From positions 62,372,001 to 62,436,000 of the forward strand of contig OX597823.1 of assembly GCA_951406725.2 (NCBI GenBank): 64,000 nt of DNA. The letters run 5' to 3'. Shown piece by piece: positions 27,605 through 42,220 of the stretch (positions are counted from its first letter, which is position 1; each line of letters begins with the position of its first letter). The notes below the pieces were generated by a model that worked only from the letters and a program-made list of their open reading frames with translations, searched no databases and was not told where the DNA came from. This stretch comes from Octopus vulgaris. Taxonomy: Eukaryota. The position numbers and the translations under genes are program-made.

Positions 27605-27812
27605 CCTTTTAGCATTTAAACCGTCCATATCCGGCCCTGTTTTACGTTAAAAGTGGCCAGATCCAGCCTCTCACACCAACCCTACAACGTCATTCTAAAA
27701 ATAAACAATCGTGCCATCGAAGTACCGAAGCTACGAAATAACGCATGATTAATTCCAAACCATGTGAATAGCTAAGCATTGTATTTGATAAACTATTTCG
27801 AATGCAAAAGGG
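27605..27812. mobile_element. piggyBac-type MITE (second copy)
   Basis: Aligns with 8046-8250; right end GGG|TTAA. Confidence 0.8.
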
Positions 27813-28289
27813 TTAAGTCAGTAGGATATGGTGTGAGGAAGAATTGACTGCTATTTCTAACAAGTCAAGTAACCACATGGCGGCTCCTATATATAGATAG
27901 CTGCTTGTCTTGCTGATTAGAAAATAGTATCTTAAGAGATTATTTTGACATGTTATGTATCAGTCAGTTAGTTTACTTTGTGGTTTTTATGATTCTCAGT
28001 GTCATCATAACCTGCCCTTGTCCTATGTGAAACACACGTGTTTATCCGATTTAACGTCCATCAAGCCAGCCAGCCAACTATACACCCACCACCGCCGACA
28101 CATCTCCGATAGCATCTTCTCGGGGATTGTGTTGTTTTGTTCTAAATATGTATCAGAGGGAACTCCTGTATGATGATGATGATGATGATGATGATGATGC
28201 CTGAGTACTTTTGGAGCATTTTGGGGGGTAAAATATGAATCGAAAGGGATCGATATAGAGAAAAAAAAACAATGGTTGAGAATCACTGG

Positions 28290-29541
28290 TTAAATCGAAC
28301 AAATCGATCCTAATACTTATATATTTTTTCAGCCCGGTACTTACTCTGTCGGTCTATTTTGACGAACCGCTAAGTTAAGGGGAAGTAAACACACCAGCCT
28401 CAGTTGTCAAGCGGTAGTAGCAGACAAACACAAACACATGTGCGCGTGCACATACACACACATATATGTGTGTGCATGTATGTATGTGTGTGTGTGTGTA
28501 TGTCTTCTTTCGGTTTCTGTCTACCAAATTCTCTCACAAGGCTTTCTTCGGTCGACTCGGGGCTATTATAGTAAAAGACACTTTCCCAAGATGCCATGCA
28601 GTGGGACTGAATCCGGAAACATGTGGTTATGGAAGATCTCATTGGATAATATCAGTCCAAGATACATTGAACCTGAAATAAAAGACAGGGTTGGGACGAT
28701 TCTGTGAAGTGGAAGTTGTATGTCGAGCGTATCCGTAGACATTTTGTTTTATCTCATGGACACAGGCATCGCTGTGGATTAAGAAGCTTACTTGCAACCA
28801 CTTGTTTCGGGTTCAGTCCCACTAAGCGGCAACATGGGCCAGAGTCTTCTACTATAGGCCCAGGCCAACCAATGCCTTGTTAGTGAATTTGGTAGACGGA
28901 AGCTGTGTAGAAGACCATCGTGTGCGTGCATGTGTTTGTATGTGTGCATGTGTGTGTATGTGTGTGTGTGTTTGTCACCCTTCCCTTGCTACCACTTGGC
29001 AACTGGTGTTTTTTTTACGACTCCCGTAACTTAGCGGTGCGGCAAAAGAGAGACCGATAGAATATGTACAAGACTTTAAAAATATATATATGTACTGGTG
29101 CCCGTTTGTTCAACTAAAATACTTGGGTGACTGGACTCTTGGGTGACTGGACCCTTTGGGTGACTGGAGGGTTATATTGATGATGTTGCACTGGACGAAT
29201 TAATAAGTCAATCACCCGAAAAATTCAGAAGGTAAAAAAAAAAGAAAAATACTGAACAAATACCACAGGGTATCACCCTCACCGAACTAGCACTCTCACA
29301 GTTCCGCCAGTCCGTCACCCTGGACCAATACATTATTTTAACAAGTCCCAAAAGAAGATGGATGGCAAAATTTACTTCTGATAGGATGATCGAAAATAAA
29401 GCCGCAAGACCATTTTGTGTTCTACTTTAACAAGACTTGTGTATTTAAGAAAAGAACAGTTAAAAAAATACATATGTATGCATATATGTATTACATATAA
29501 ATATGTGTGTTTGTATGTATGCATATATTACATATATATGC

Positions 29542-29574
<33 letters not shown>

Positions 29575-30060
29575 TGTATGTATGTATGTATGTATGTATG
29601 TGTATTTATGTATGTACATGTAAATGTATGAATATATATATATATATATGTGTATATATATAGGAGCAGACGTGGCTGTGTGGTAAGAAGCTTGTTTCCC
29701 AACCACATGGTTCCGGGTTCAGTCCTAATGCGTGGCACCCTGGGCAAGTGTCTTCTACTATAGCCTCAGGCCGACCAAAACCTTGTGAGTGGATTTGGTT
29801 GACGGAAACTGAAAGAAGCCCGTCGTGTATATATATATATATATACATTTACGTGTGCGCGTCTTTGTATCTGTGTTTTTCCCCCTCCCCCACCATCACT
29901 TGGTGTGTTTGTGTCCCTGAAACTTAGCGGTTTGGCAAAAAAATCGACAGAATAAGTACTAGGCTTACAAAGAATATGTCCTGAAGTCGAATTCTTCGAC
30001 TAAAGGTGGCACTCCAGTTTGGCCGCAGTCAAATGACTGAAACGTGTAAAAGAGTAAAAG
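28290..30060. mobile_element. Three SINE family A copies (28290-28632 -, 28762-29125 +, 29662-30060 +)
   Basis: Family A head, centre and tail motifs. Confidence 0.85.
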
Positions 30061-30297
30061 ATATATATATATATATATTATTCAAAGGAATTCCAACTAT
30101 GTTTATTATGTTTTATTTATATTCTTTATAATATTAATGTAGAATATGGAATATATAGTGTAAATAGTATATATAGTAAAATGAAATGAAGTATTGATTG
30201 TCTTATTGAATAGATGAAATGTTGAATGAATACCAAATATTAAGGGACTAGTATACTTTCATGCATTTAAGCAGTCTTCAAGGTCCGAGGTTGTGAC

Positions 30298-30328
<31 letters not shown>

Positions 30329-30611
30329 TGTATGTATGTATGTATGTATGTATGTATGTATGTATGTATGTATGTATGTATGTATGTATGTATGTATGTA
30401 TGTATGTATGTATGTATGTATGTATGTATGTATGTATTTATGTATGTATGTATGTATATAAATGGGGGGGGCGTTCAACTGTGAGCTAGGCAGCAGGAAC
30501 AGCAACAGCATTGATAGTGAGTGTGGTACTCCTAACTTGGACAGATCGGTCGAAAGAGTCTGCGATCAAAGTTGAGATGTCATACATACATACGATATAT
30601 ATATATATATA

Positions 30612-30978
30612 TCGTAGCAATCCGTCGTTTACGACAGCGAGTGTTCCAGTTGATCTAATCAACGGAGCAGCTTGCTCATGAAATTCACGTACAAGTGGCT
30701 GACCACTCCACAGACACGTGTAACCTTAATGTAGTTATCGGGGAGATTCACCGTGACACGCAGAGTGTGACAAGGATGACTCTTTGAAATACAGGTACAA
30801 CAGAAAAAGAAAGAAAGAGCGAGAGAAAGTTGTGGTGAAAGTGTACAGCAGGGTTCCCCATCAACTCCTGCCGGAGCCTCATGGAGCTTTTAGGTGTTTT
30901 CGATCAATAAACACTCACAACGACCGGTCTGGGATTCGAAATCGCTATCCTACGATAACACTGGACCATTGCGCCTTC
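30612..30978 (-). mobile_element. SINE family D (tRNA head)
   Basis: The minus-strand head GGCGCAATGG..TTCGAATCCCAGACC..AAACACCTAA..GCTCCA.G.GGCTCCGGCAG is shared with 35272; the tail differs. Confidence 0.75.
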
Positions 30979-30979
30979 A

Positions 30980-32860
<1,881 letters not shown>

Positions 32861-32985
32861 TACATATACGTATATGTAGGTATGTATTATACATACGTGT
32901 TCGTGTATGAATATATACATATATCTGCATATGTACGTGAAAGAGTGTGTGGGGTGCGTATATGGTTACGTGTACGTACGTAACC

Positions 32986-33018
<33 letters not shown>

Positions 33019-33502
33019 TGTATGTATGTATGTATGTATGTATGTATGTATGTATGTATGTATGTATGTATGTATGTATTTATGTATGTATGTATTTACG
33101 TATGTGTGAGTGCGTATGTTTGTATGTAAATATAGAAAGAAAAGAACACAGAGAGTAAAAAAAAAAACAGGTTATGTAGATGATTCTTACCCAATATATC
33201 GTACCCGTTGGTTCTTAGTTCATAATATTCCACCGACGCTGTTTGGATATAAAAATTCTTAAAGAACTCGAAAAGCAACACCGAACTATTTGGCATTTTC
33301 ACGTCTACTACAAAATTCTTCTCTTCCTTTTAATCTTCCTACTCTCTCACACACCACCACTTTATCTTTAGGTTGGTGTAGTACGAGATTTCGAAAATTC
33401 CCACGCAATCAGTGGCGGTAGCAGCAGCAGCAGCAGCAGCAGTAGCGGTATATGTAAACATTATCAGTTCCAACAACAACAACAGTAATAATAATAATAA
33501 TA

Positions 33503-33709
33503 ATCCTTTCTACTATAGATACGAATCCTGAAATTTTAGCGGAGAGGGGACCGGTCGATTATATCGACGACCAGTGTTTTACTGGTACTTAATTTATCAA
33601 CCTCGAAAGGGTTGAAAGGAAAAAGTCGACCTCGGCGAACTTTGAACTCAGAACGTAAAGCCGGAAGATAAGCTGCTGAGCATCTTGTGCTAACGATTCT
33701 ACCAGCTCA
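33503..33709 (-). mobile_element. SINE family B embedded in (AAT)n
   Basis: Family B core with (AAT)n on both sides. Confidence 0.85.
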
Positions 33710-33782
<73 letters not shown>

Positions 33783-34308
33783 AGCAAGCATAAACACACA
33801 CATGTATATATATATATATGTAACATTTACATAAATGCATGCATATATTACATAGATACCTATATTTATAACCATATATACGTACGTACTTACACATGCA
33901 TACCTTCGTTCATACATACATACATACATATACATACATACATACATATACATACATACATACATGCATGCATACATATATGCATACATACATACATACA
34001 TACATACATACATACATACATACATACATACATACATACATACATACATACAGACAGACAGACAGATATACATACAAAATAAAACAAAGGTACACAAAAT
34101 AAAATTTGTAAAAAAAATTAACTAGAGCTATGATAAGGCGTTTACAGAATGAATAGATTAAAATTTCGATAAAAAAAAAACTAATCAGAAAAGTAGATGT
34201 TATATGAATAAATATATATATTAGTTAAAACAAGATAAAAAATTAATGATAATTGTAACAGCAACCACTTCAGAAGAATTCAACCTCTCCTGCACATACA
34301 CACACACA

Positions 34309-34349
<41 letters not shown>

Positions 34350-34526
34350 TCTTCCTCTCTTTCCCCCTTTCTCACTGTTTCTTCCTCTTCCTCTCTCTCC
34401 CCCTCTCTCACTCTTCCCTTCTCTCTTTCTCTCTCTCTCCCCTTTCTCACTCTTTCTCTGTCTCTTTCTATCTTCCTATTACCGTCACTGATATCTTTCA
34501 TTTCCCCCTCTTTCCTCTTCTCTTCC

Positions 34527-34565
<39 letters not shown>

Positions 34566-34944
34566 TTTTCTTTTGACGCCTGTTGGGTTTGATATCATCT
34601 CCATAACTTTGAATAAACTGTGCGTAGCTCCTGAACTAGATAGCACGTTTTAACCTGGAGCAAGACTGTTCATTTCCCGTTGCTCCAGTTGGCCAATACT
34701 TCAGTATTGGTACAATCACCCACACAAACTTCTCTCATGACATACATGAAGAGGCTAGGCTGAAAAAGGTGATGACGTCGTGTCCTCATATCGACACTCT
34801 AGATACCTATACCGAAGGATTGCCCTGCCAGTTTACCCATCTATATTCAACCGATTGTTGTACCTCTCTCTCTCTCTCTCTCTTTGTATCCCTCATCTCT
34901 TTCTCTGTCTTCTCCACACACATGCGCGCGTGCGCGCACATAAA

Positions 34945-35080
34945 TCCAGGTGTGCCTCAAGAACAAGGTGTGGAACAGCCAATACGATGTCCAAACCTGC
35001 TAGCGGCTATTGAGGCACCTAAAATAGATAGCGAAAGAAAGGTGCGTTATCAAGCCTACATATTCGCGGATGATGACTAG
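34945..35080 (+). mobile_element. Highly degenerate LINE RT fragment
   Basis: GVPQ...YIFADD spacing resembles RT domains 4-5. Confidence 0.4.
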
Positions 35081-35271
35081 CTTTTAAAGGTATGTATGGA
35101 TGTTTTTAATCGTATGCATGTTATGTACGTGTAGCTGTGTGTATGTTTGTATGTAGGTAGGTAGGTATCATATATGTATATTATGTACGACTGCATGTAT
35201 GTATGTGTTACGTGCATGTCTGTCCGCTAGTCTGTCCGTCTGATTGCATGCATATATGTATGCATGTGTAT

Positions 35272-35574
35272 GCACATGGCCTAGTGGTTAGAGCAGCGGA
35301 CTCGCGGTCGAGGGATTGCGGGTTCGAATCTCAGACCTGGTGATGTGTGTGTTTATGAGCGAAACACCTAAGCTCCACGCGGCTCCGGCAGAAGGTAATG
35401 GCGAATTTCTGCTGATTCTTTCGCCACAACTTTTTCTCACTCTTTCCTCCTGCATCTTGCAGCTCACCTGCGACGGACCGGCATCCCGTCCAGGTGCGGA
35501 ACCTATACGCCAAGGAAACCGGGTATCAGCCCTTATGAGCCAGGCATGGCTCGAGAAGGACCAAACAACAACAA
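35272..35574 (+). mobile_element. SINE family D with V-domain-like segment and (AAC)n tail
   Basis: A box TGGCCTAGTGG, B box GGTTCGAATC; CCTGCGACGGACCGGCATCCCGTCCAGG resembles the V-SINE core. Confidence 0.8.
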
Positions 35575-35607
35575 TGTATGCATGCATGTTAAAGCACGTC
35601 TTCGGGA

Positions 35608-36218
35608 AAGTGTTTCTCAACCATCTTTTACTTTACTATTTTTTACTTATTTCAGCCATGCGGCTGTGGTCATGCTGGAGCACCACCATGAAATATCAGT
35701 GGATCCCTTTAGTTCTTATTTTACTCTACCGGACCTTCACAGCCATTTGATATTTCAAAGCAACCCCATTATATTTTTATAATTGAATATTACTTAAGAA
35801 TTGTATTAAACAAGAAAATTTCAGCATAGCTGCATGAAAGTGACGTAAGACGTGGTATGCGGACCAACTTGTTAGACATAGCGTTTTTAATTCATCTCTT
35901 CCGTTCTTATTTCGACATGCGCATTGCATTTTTATTCTTCTCTTCCGTTTTAAGAATTTAGTGTGCACATGCGCATTGCTTGCTCGTATTTCTTTTCCCG
36001 GTTCCCTCTCGAAACAGTTTACAGATCACAACCATCTCACGAACACAGGTTTGTGAGAAGCGCTTCGCACCCCGATGGCTATAAAAAATTGTTAAAATAT
36101 TTGGTGTATTTTAGAAATATAACCTATTTATTGTACATAATTTTGAACAAATAAACATGTTGATCCCAAAGGTCATATGGACCCCAAGGGTCATATGAAC
36201 CCCAGTTGAGAACCATTG
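35608..36218. mobile_element. hAT-like MITE interrupted by a SINE A fragment
   Basis: Imperfect TIRs AGTGTTTCTCAAC / GTTGAGAACCATTG; subterminal GGACCCC-like repeats. Confidence 0.55.
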
Positions 36219-36259
36219 CGCTAAGAGAAGGACACTGTGATACAAAATTGGAAATGCAG

Positions 36260-36570
36260 GGAAAAGCAGTGGACATTTTGGGGATACTTTGCTTGCGCTT
36301 GAGATCTGGGCGCTCCCATATTCCTTAGCTTGCGACTCATATTGTCACCAAATATCTTGCTTTGGATTGTGGTCTTTATCAGGTCAGTAGGGTTGAGAGG
36401 GTCTGTGAGGTGCTGTGCAATCTTTGTTGGACCTAGAAGTTTAGGTTGTGCGAACGCCGGTGAGACGACTTTCCGATGACCGGTCGAGTAGGAGGGTATC
36501 GCGGCGAGCATGGAAGACGCGGTGCGAACCCGGATGAAGCGAACCTGGATAAAGCAATAACAGGCATTGC
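36260..36570 (+). mobile_element. Possible degenerate RTE-type RT fragment (Cys-rich insert + thumb region)
   Basis: CDSYCHQISCFGL..SLSG and MEDAVRTRMKRTWIK resemble RTE motifs CxxWxHKRCSG and AVxARIxxAWxKF. Confidence 0.35.
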
Positions 36571-37134
36571 TGACATTTTGCATCGGCGATCATCAGTCCT
36601 TGGTTTTTCTTGGTCACGAATGGTCAGCCATCATGTATGTATTTATGCATGTATGTTTGCATGCATGTATGTATGTATGTATGTATGTATGTATGTATGT
36701 ATGTATGTATGTATGTATGTATGTATGTATGCATGTATGTATGTATGCATGTCTGTATGTATGCATGTAACACAATGCAATGTTATGTATGTATGTTTTT
36801 CTTTTAGATTTAAACCCCTTTTAGAAGGATTCCGGTCGGTCACTAGCAAAAGGACAAACTCTTTTTTATGTATGCCAATTAATGCTTACATTTATCATCA
36901 CCATCATCAACATCATCAGCAGCAGCATCACCACCACTACCACCACCCGTATCATCGTATGTAAGTTTCTGTATGAATATACCGTTCAAGCGATGTCGAT
37001 TTGATGGAGGTTGTGAGCTAACGTACTGCACAAACGTTTGATCTCTATAAACAAATCATCTGTGCAGGTTAATCTGCAAGAAATGGCAGAACCCTCTTCC
37101 TCCGATCGAGAGCCTAGCATTAAATACTTGTGTT

Positions 37135-37392
37135 TATATCACGTCACGTGATCACCTCACCGACCAGGCTATCAGATGTGGTCACAATGTGTTTTGCAAT
37201 GTCTTAGTTTTCAAATGACGCCACCCCGCTGGCTAGACGTGCAGGCCAACATTCCCACCCCTAATCGAAAGGGGAACTGGAGCAATGTGAAATGGAGCGT
37301 TTCGCTCAAGAACACAATGCGCCGCCCAATGAGGGAATCGAACCCCCGATCGAGCGATCGTGAGTGTAACAGCCTAACCACTAGGCCACGTG
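37135..37392 (-). mobile_element. SINE family C variant
   Basis: Minus head CGTGGCCTAGTGGTTAGG..GGTTCGATTCC..GTGTTCTTGAGCGAAACGC. Confidence 0.75.
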
Positions 37393-37682
37393 TTTATATA
37401 ATGGGCTTAAATATCTCATTAGTAAATGTGAGTGCATAAGTTATCACGCACTCTTTGCGTAATGTGTGTAAGCTATGTGCACACATGCGATTGTGTGTTA
37501 TTGTTTTATTTTCAATCTAGGACACCCGAAAATGAAAAATCGATAGAACGTTTCACAAGCCCCCCACAGTACTACAAAGCGATCGGATTTGCACGATGCA
37601 GATCAATAGAGTTTTTTTACTTCTAGAAATCCTCAGCATTTACATACATTTATACACATCTTTTATCATTCTTTTTATCATA

Positions 37683-37847
37683 ACCTGTGTGGATAAGAAG
37701 CTCATTTTGCCACCACAATGTTTTAGGTTCAATCCCACTACACAGCACCTTGTCAAGTTGTTTTTTTTTGCTGCTAAAGCACCGGGCCGATTAATGGTTC
37801 GTGAATGAATTTGGTAGACGGAAAGTGTATAAAAGCTCGTCGTGTAT

Positions 37848-37923
<76 letters not shown>

Positions 37924-38063
37924 AAGAGAGAGAGAGTTTGTGTGTTTGGATGTGTCTGTGTTTGTGCTTACACCTCCAACATGCTTCTTGCCAACATGTG
38001 TTGGTTTGGTCACGTCCCTATTCGGTAAAAGATATTGACAGAAAAACTACTAGAGTTCCAGAC

Positions 38064-38108
<45 letters not shown>

Positions 38109-38200
38109 ATATACTGGGGGCCGATCTGTTCGACTAAACTCTCCAACGCGGTGCTCCAGCATGGTCGCAGTTTAATGATGAAAATAAGTAAAAGACAATA
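37683..38200 (+). mobile_element. SINE family A, degenerate full length
   Basis: Family A head and tail GCGGTGCTCCAGCATGGTCGCAG. Confidence 0.8.
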
Positions 38201-38621
38201 GATAGATTGTAAACGCTGAGCAGTGAAGACTACAAGAGTACATGACTTCTGTTCCTTGTCACATAGAACAATGGCAGTCTGTTCTGTGTGCATCGGATAG
38301 CTGATTTTATGATACGTAGTACGTACATATGCCTGTCTTTCTGTCTGTCTGTATGTACGACGTATGTACGTGTGTCTATGTAAGTAAGTATGTATATATG
38401 CATGTATGTATGTATGTATGTATGTATGTATGTATGTATGTATGTATGTATGTATGCATGCATGTATGTATGTATGTATGTATGTATGTATGTATTATGT
38501 ATGTAGTCTGTATGCATGTATGTATGTATGTATGTATGTATGTATGTATGTATGTATGCATTTATGTGTGTATGTGTGTTACGTGTGACCATAGGAATGT
38601 GTACGTCGATAAGTGTATGTG

Positions 38622-38661
<40 letters not shown>

Positions 38662-38718
38662 CGTGTGTGTATCTATGTATGTAACTATATATGTATGCGT
38701 GTGTGCATGTACGTATGT

Positions 38719-38850
38719 ATGAAGTTTCAGTTTCATACATTTTTTTGTGGCTCGCTTCTGTTATCTACATTCCAGCGACGGGACTAAATCTTTGTTAGAA
38801 ACCAGCACCTTCCAAGCACAACGAGAGATTTTATATAATTAACAACAGAA
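38719..38850 (+). mobile_element. R4/Dong-like element 3' UTR (short copy)
   Basis: TATCTACATTCCA...ATCTTTGTTAGAAACCAGC...TAATTAACAACAGAA|(CATA)n; homologous to the 3' UTRs at 39271-39373 and 19766-19830. Confidence 0.7.
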
Positions 38851-38925
38851 CATACATACATACATACATACATACATACATACATACATACATACATACA
38901 TACATACATACATACATACATACAC

Positions 38926-39373
38926 AGGCAGGCCGGATATTGTTGTTTGGGACAGACGGGCAAAGGTATGTACCATCATAGAGGGCTAGCTGCCATGCAG
39001 ATATAAATATCGCTTTGAAAATCAAAGCAAAACAGGATATCTAAGAACAACTGCTTCGAAACCTCTAGCTTCTATAACTAGACTATGAATTCCTATTCCT
39101 ACCAATAATAATTGGAGCACAAGGTTTTTTTTAGTAAACGCTTAAAGGAGAATCTGCATATACTGGGTTTTTCAGGAAGAGAAACTGACCGGCTGATTCG
39201 TACGTTACAAGTTCAATCTGTGTGTGAAACAGTAAAAATATACAAGATTTTTCTCAAGTTCCAAATGTGAATTTCTCTGTGTTAACTACATCCCGAAGAT
39301 AGAGCCTTGTATCTTTGTTGGAAACCGGCTCCATCCTCAGTGGAAGTTTATAATAATTAAACAACAGAAGGAA
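38926..39373 (+). mobile_element. R4/Dong-like element 3' end (restriction-like endonuclease)
   Basis: RPDIVVWDRRAKVCTIIE..SCHADINIALKIKAK..LLRNL..FLPIIIGA.G...LQVQSVCETVKIYKIFLKFQM*; flanked by (CATA)n. Confidence 0.85.
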
Positions 39374-39383
39374 CACATACATA

Positions 39384-40237
39384 CGAGCCGTGAAATCTTG
39401 CATACATTAATAACTGTCTTGTTTCTTTCCGAGTAACCTGACATCTGGCTGTTCAAAGAAGATTTCAAAACTAACTAGTAACGATTTCTCTCGAAAATCG
39501 ACAAAATTTGGCATCGTGGTTTTATCAAGCATCTGCAAAAATAGGATTTAGCCCCCAAGGACGTTCATGCTGACATGGTTACTACTTTAGGGGATGATGC
39601 TCCTTCTTTATCAACAGTATAAAATGAGTAATTGAATTTAGAAGGGGAGAGGAGAGTTCGGAAGATGACCCAAGGTTTGGACCCCTGCAACTGCCACCAC
39701 AGAGGAAAACATTGGTTGTATTCACAACATGGTGATGGATGAAAGGCGATTGGCTATAAATCAAATAACTGATACTATCCTGTGAGAGAGTTGAGAATAT
39801 CCTGCTCAGTGAACTTTACATAACGACGGTTTCTGCTTGGTGGCTGCCATGTCTTATGACTTCTGATCAAAAGTGTACCAGTCTGATCACATCACGGGAA
39901 AATTGTCTGAGGCAGATCCAGTTGGTTTCCTTGAACGTTGGCTCCATCACTTTGAGCCAGTGACGAAGAAACAATCCATCTAGTGAATACACCCCTCCTC
40001 GCTTGTTTCAAACAAAGCAAATGTCGTTTCATCTGCAGGGAAGGTGATGGCCTCAGTTTTGGGAGATACAAAAGGTACTGTGTTTATTGACTCCCTTCAA
40101 AAGGACCACACCGTAAATGGAGAGTACTATGCCAATTTGCTGAAGCAGTTACAAAAGGATATCAAGGTAAAACGCCCAGGAAAACTGACGAAAGGAATTT
40201 TGTTCCATCGGGACAATGCTGTAACACACAAGTCAAA

Positions 40238-40240
<3 letters not shown>
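39384..40240 (+). mobile_element. Degenerate mariner transposon (irritans-like), 3'-truncated
   Basis: TA|CGAG start; HADMVTTLGDDAPS...WLHHFEP...SAGKVMASV..FHRDNAVTHKS with many stops and indels. Confidence 0.85.
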
Positions 40241-40285
<45 letters not shown>

Positions 40286-40288
<3 letters not shown>

Positions 40289-40472
40289 GCTTCAAATTTT
40301 GCCACAAGGGCAGCCATTTTGGCGGTGGGGGATGAGTCGATTACACTGACCCCTGTACTCAACTGGTACTTAATTTATCGATGCCGAAAGGATGAAAGGC
40401 AAAGTCAACCTTGGCGAAATTTGAACTCGTCGCTAAGCATTTCGTCCAGCGCGCTAACGATTCTGCCAGCTC
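40286..40472 (-). mobile_element. SINE family B embedded in (AAT)n
   Basis: Family B core with (AAT)n on both sides. Confidence 0.85.
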
Positions 40473-40514
<42 letters not shown>

Positions 40515-40515
<1 letters not shown>

Positions 40516-41495
40516 TCTGGTTTATTGGCCACAAGGGCTAACAAAAATCAAAGAGACATGTTAGGACAAATACAGGACTAAAAGTCCGATAGAAAGGTCC
40601 GTGTAAACATTCAAAATAACAACGAAAGTATATATAAAAAGTAAAATTCCCAATAGAGGGAGGCGCTTCGAAAGGCTACTCGTGAAAAAATCCATAAAAC
40701 CACGGGAGCCTGGTCAAAAGGAGGTAGAGAGCCTCCTTTCTTCTTTTATATTACCTTTTTTTTACAGGTGTAACCTCAGAATTGGTCCGTTCATACTGGC
40801 CATTTTTCCGAAATTCACCCACCTTTCAATAAATTTGCTAATAATAATGATAATAATAATGATGATGTTGATGATGATGATAATTTCTTTTATTTGCCAC
40901 CAGGGTGAACAATACAAAGATGAGGGGAACAATACAAAGACAGACGTAAAGTATGGGAGTTTACATATAATGGAATGATGGGGAAAAAAACAATATACAC
41001 TGTATACATTAGAAGGGAGGTATACATAGTATGCAACGCTAGAAGAAGAGGGGGAAAATTATAGTAATGGGGTCCTTCTGATACAGGTGGACCTCTAGAG
41101 ATAATCAAGGAACCCCACCATCCAAGATCACCCTGAATACCAAGGACCAGTGCCCTCTCCAACTCCTTTCTTCTGGCTCACAGATCTATACTGAGAGTGG
41201 TACGATCCACTCTTGCCATTTTCATAATTTTCACCCACCTTTTCATAAATTCACTCGTGGACAGCACCTCCCTCTCAACCCTCACTTTCCTTTTCAAGTG
41301 AGACTTGTAAAAGTCAATGACCCCGCCGTCAAAGATCTCCCTGAACACCAGGGGCAAGCGACCTCTCTAATTGTCGTTCTCTAACTTTAACCTAGTACCT
41401 AAGATGGTTGTATTCGCCACGTTCGTCCAATTTCCAATAAAACCAGCCGAGAATAACACCTCCTAGGCCCCTCTTATCTTCCTTTTTAACTGAAC
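40515..41495 (-). mobile_element. Three stacked 3' ends of Tx1/L1-like LINEs (40515-40839, 40883-41320, about 41321-41495)
   Basis: Mutually homologous ORF C-termini: SKFIERWVNFGKMASMNGPILRLHL*, DFYKSHLKRKVRVEREVLSTSEFMKRWVKIMKMARVDRTTLSIDL*, QLKRKIRGA*EVLFSAGFIGNWTNVA. The first two end in AATAAA. Clade assignment is from recall. Confidence 0.7.
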
Positions 41496-41578
41496 GCATG
41501 GGCGCAGTCAAATGACTGAAACAAGAACATAAACACGCACACATATAGATACATATAGATATATATACACACACGTAT

Positions 41579-41655
<77 letters not shown>

Positions 41656-41656
41656 C

Positions 41657-41803
41657 AACGGGTTTCTTTCAGTTTCCGTCTACCAATTGACAAGACTTTG
41701 GTCGGCCCGAGGCTATTGTAGAAGATACTTGCCCAAAGTACCACGCAGTGGGACTGAACCCGGAACCATGTGGTTGGGAAACAAGCTTCTTGCCATACAG
41801 CCA
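41657..41803 (-). mobile_element. SINE family A, 5' half
   Basis: Family A head; abuts (AGAT)n at 41583-41655. Confidence 0.85.
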
Positions 41804-41985
41804 TTTAACAGGGGTTAAATATATACATCAATATTGACATCATCACCACAACTACTGCCACCTATAACACAACAGGACGACTGTCCCCACCGTCATAATC
41901 AACACTACAATCACCACCATCAACAGCAATAACACGACTGTCGCTGTCACCATCACCACAACAACCATCACCCCTTAAAATTAAC

Positions 41986-42220
41986 TGTTTCTTTATTGCC
42001 CACAAGGGGCTAAACATAGAGGGGACAAACAAGGACAGACAAACGGATTAAGTCGATTATATCGACCCCAGTGCGTAACTGGTACTTAATTTATCGACCA
42101 CTAAAGGATGAAAGGCAAAGTAGACCTCGGCGGAATTTGAACTCAGGACGTAACGGCAGACGAAATACGGCTACGCATTTCGCCCGGCGTGCTAACGACT
42201 CTGCCAGCTCGCCGCCTTCA
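41986..42220 (-). mobile_element. SINE family B with LINE-like AATAAA tail
   Basis: Full head and core; 15-bp TSD CCCCTT(A/G)AAATTAAC at 41971-41985 and 42227-42241. Confidence 0.9.

Noticed and set aside
35272-35345. tRNA gene (also 62311, 12100 and others)
   Set aside because: A and B boxes are present, but there is no complete cloverleaf and they run into SINE bodies.
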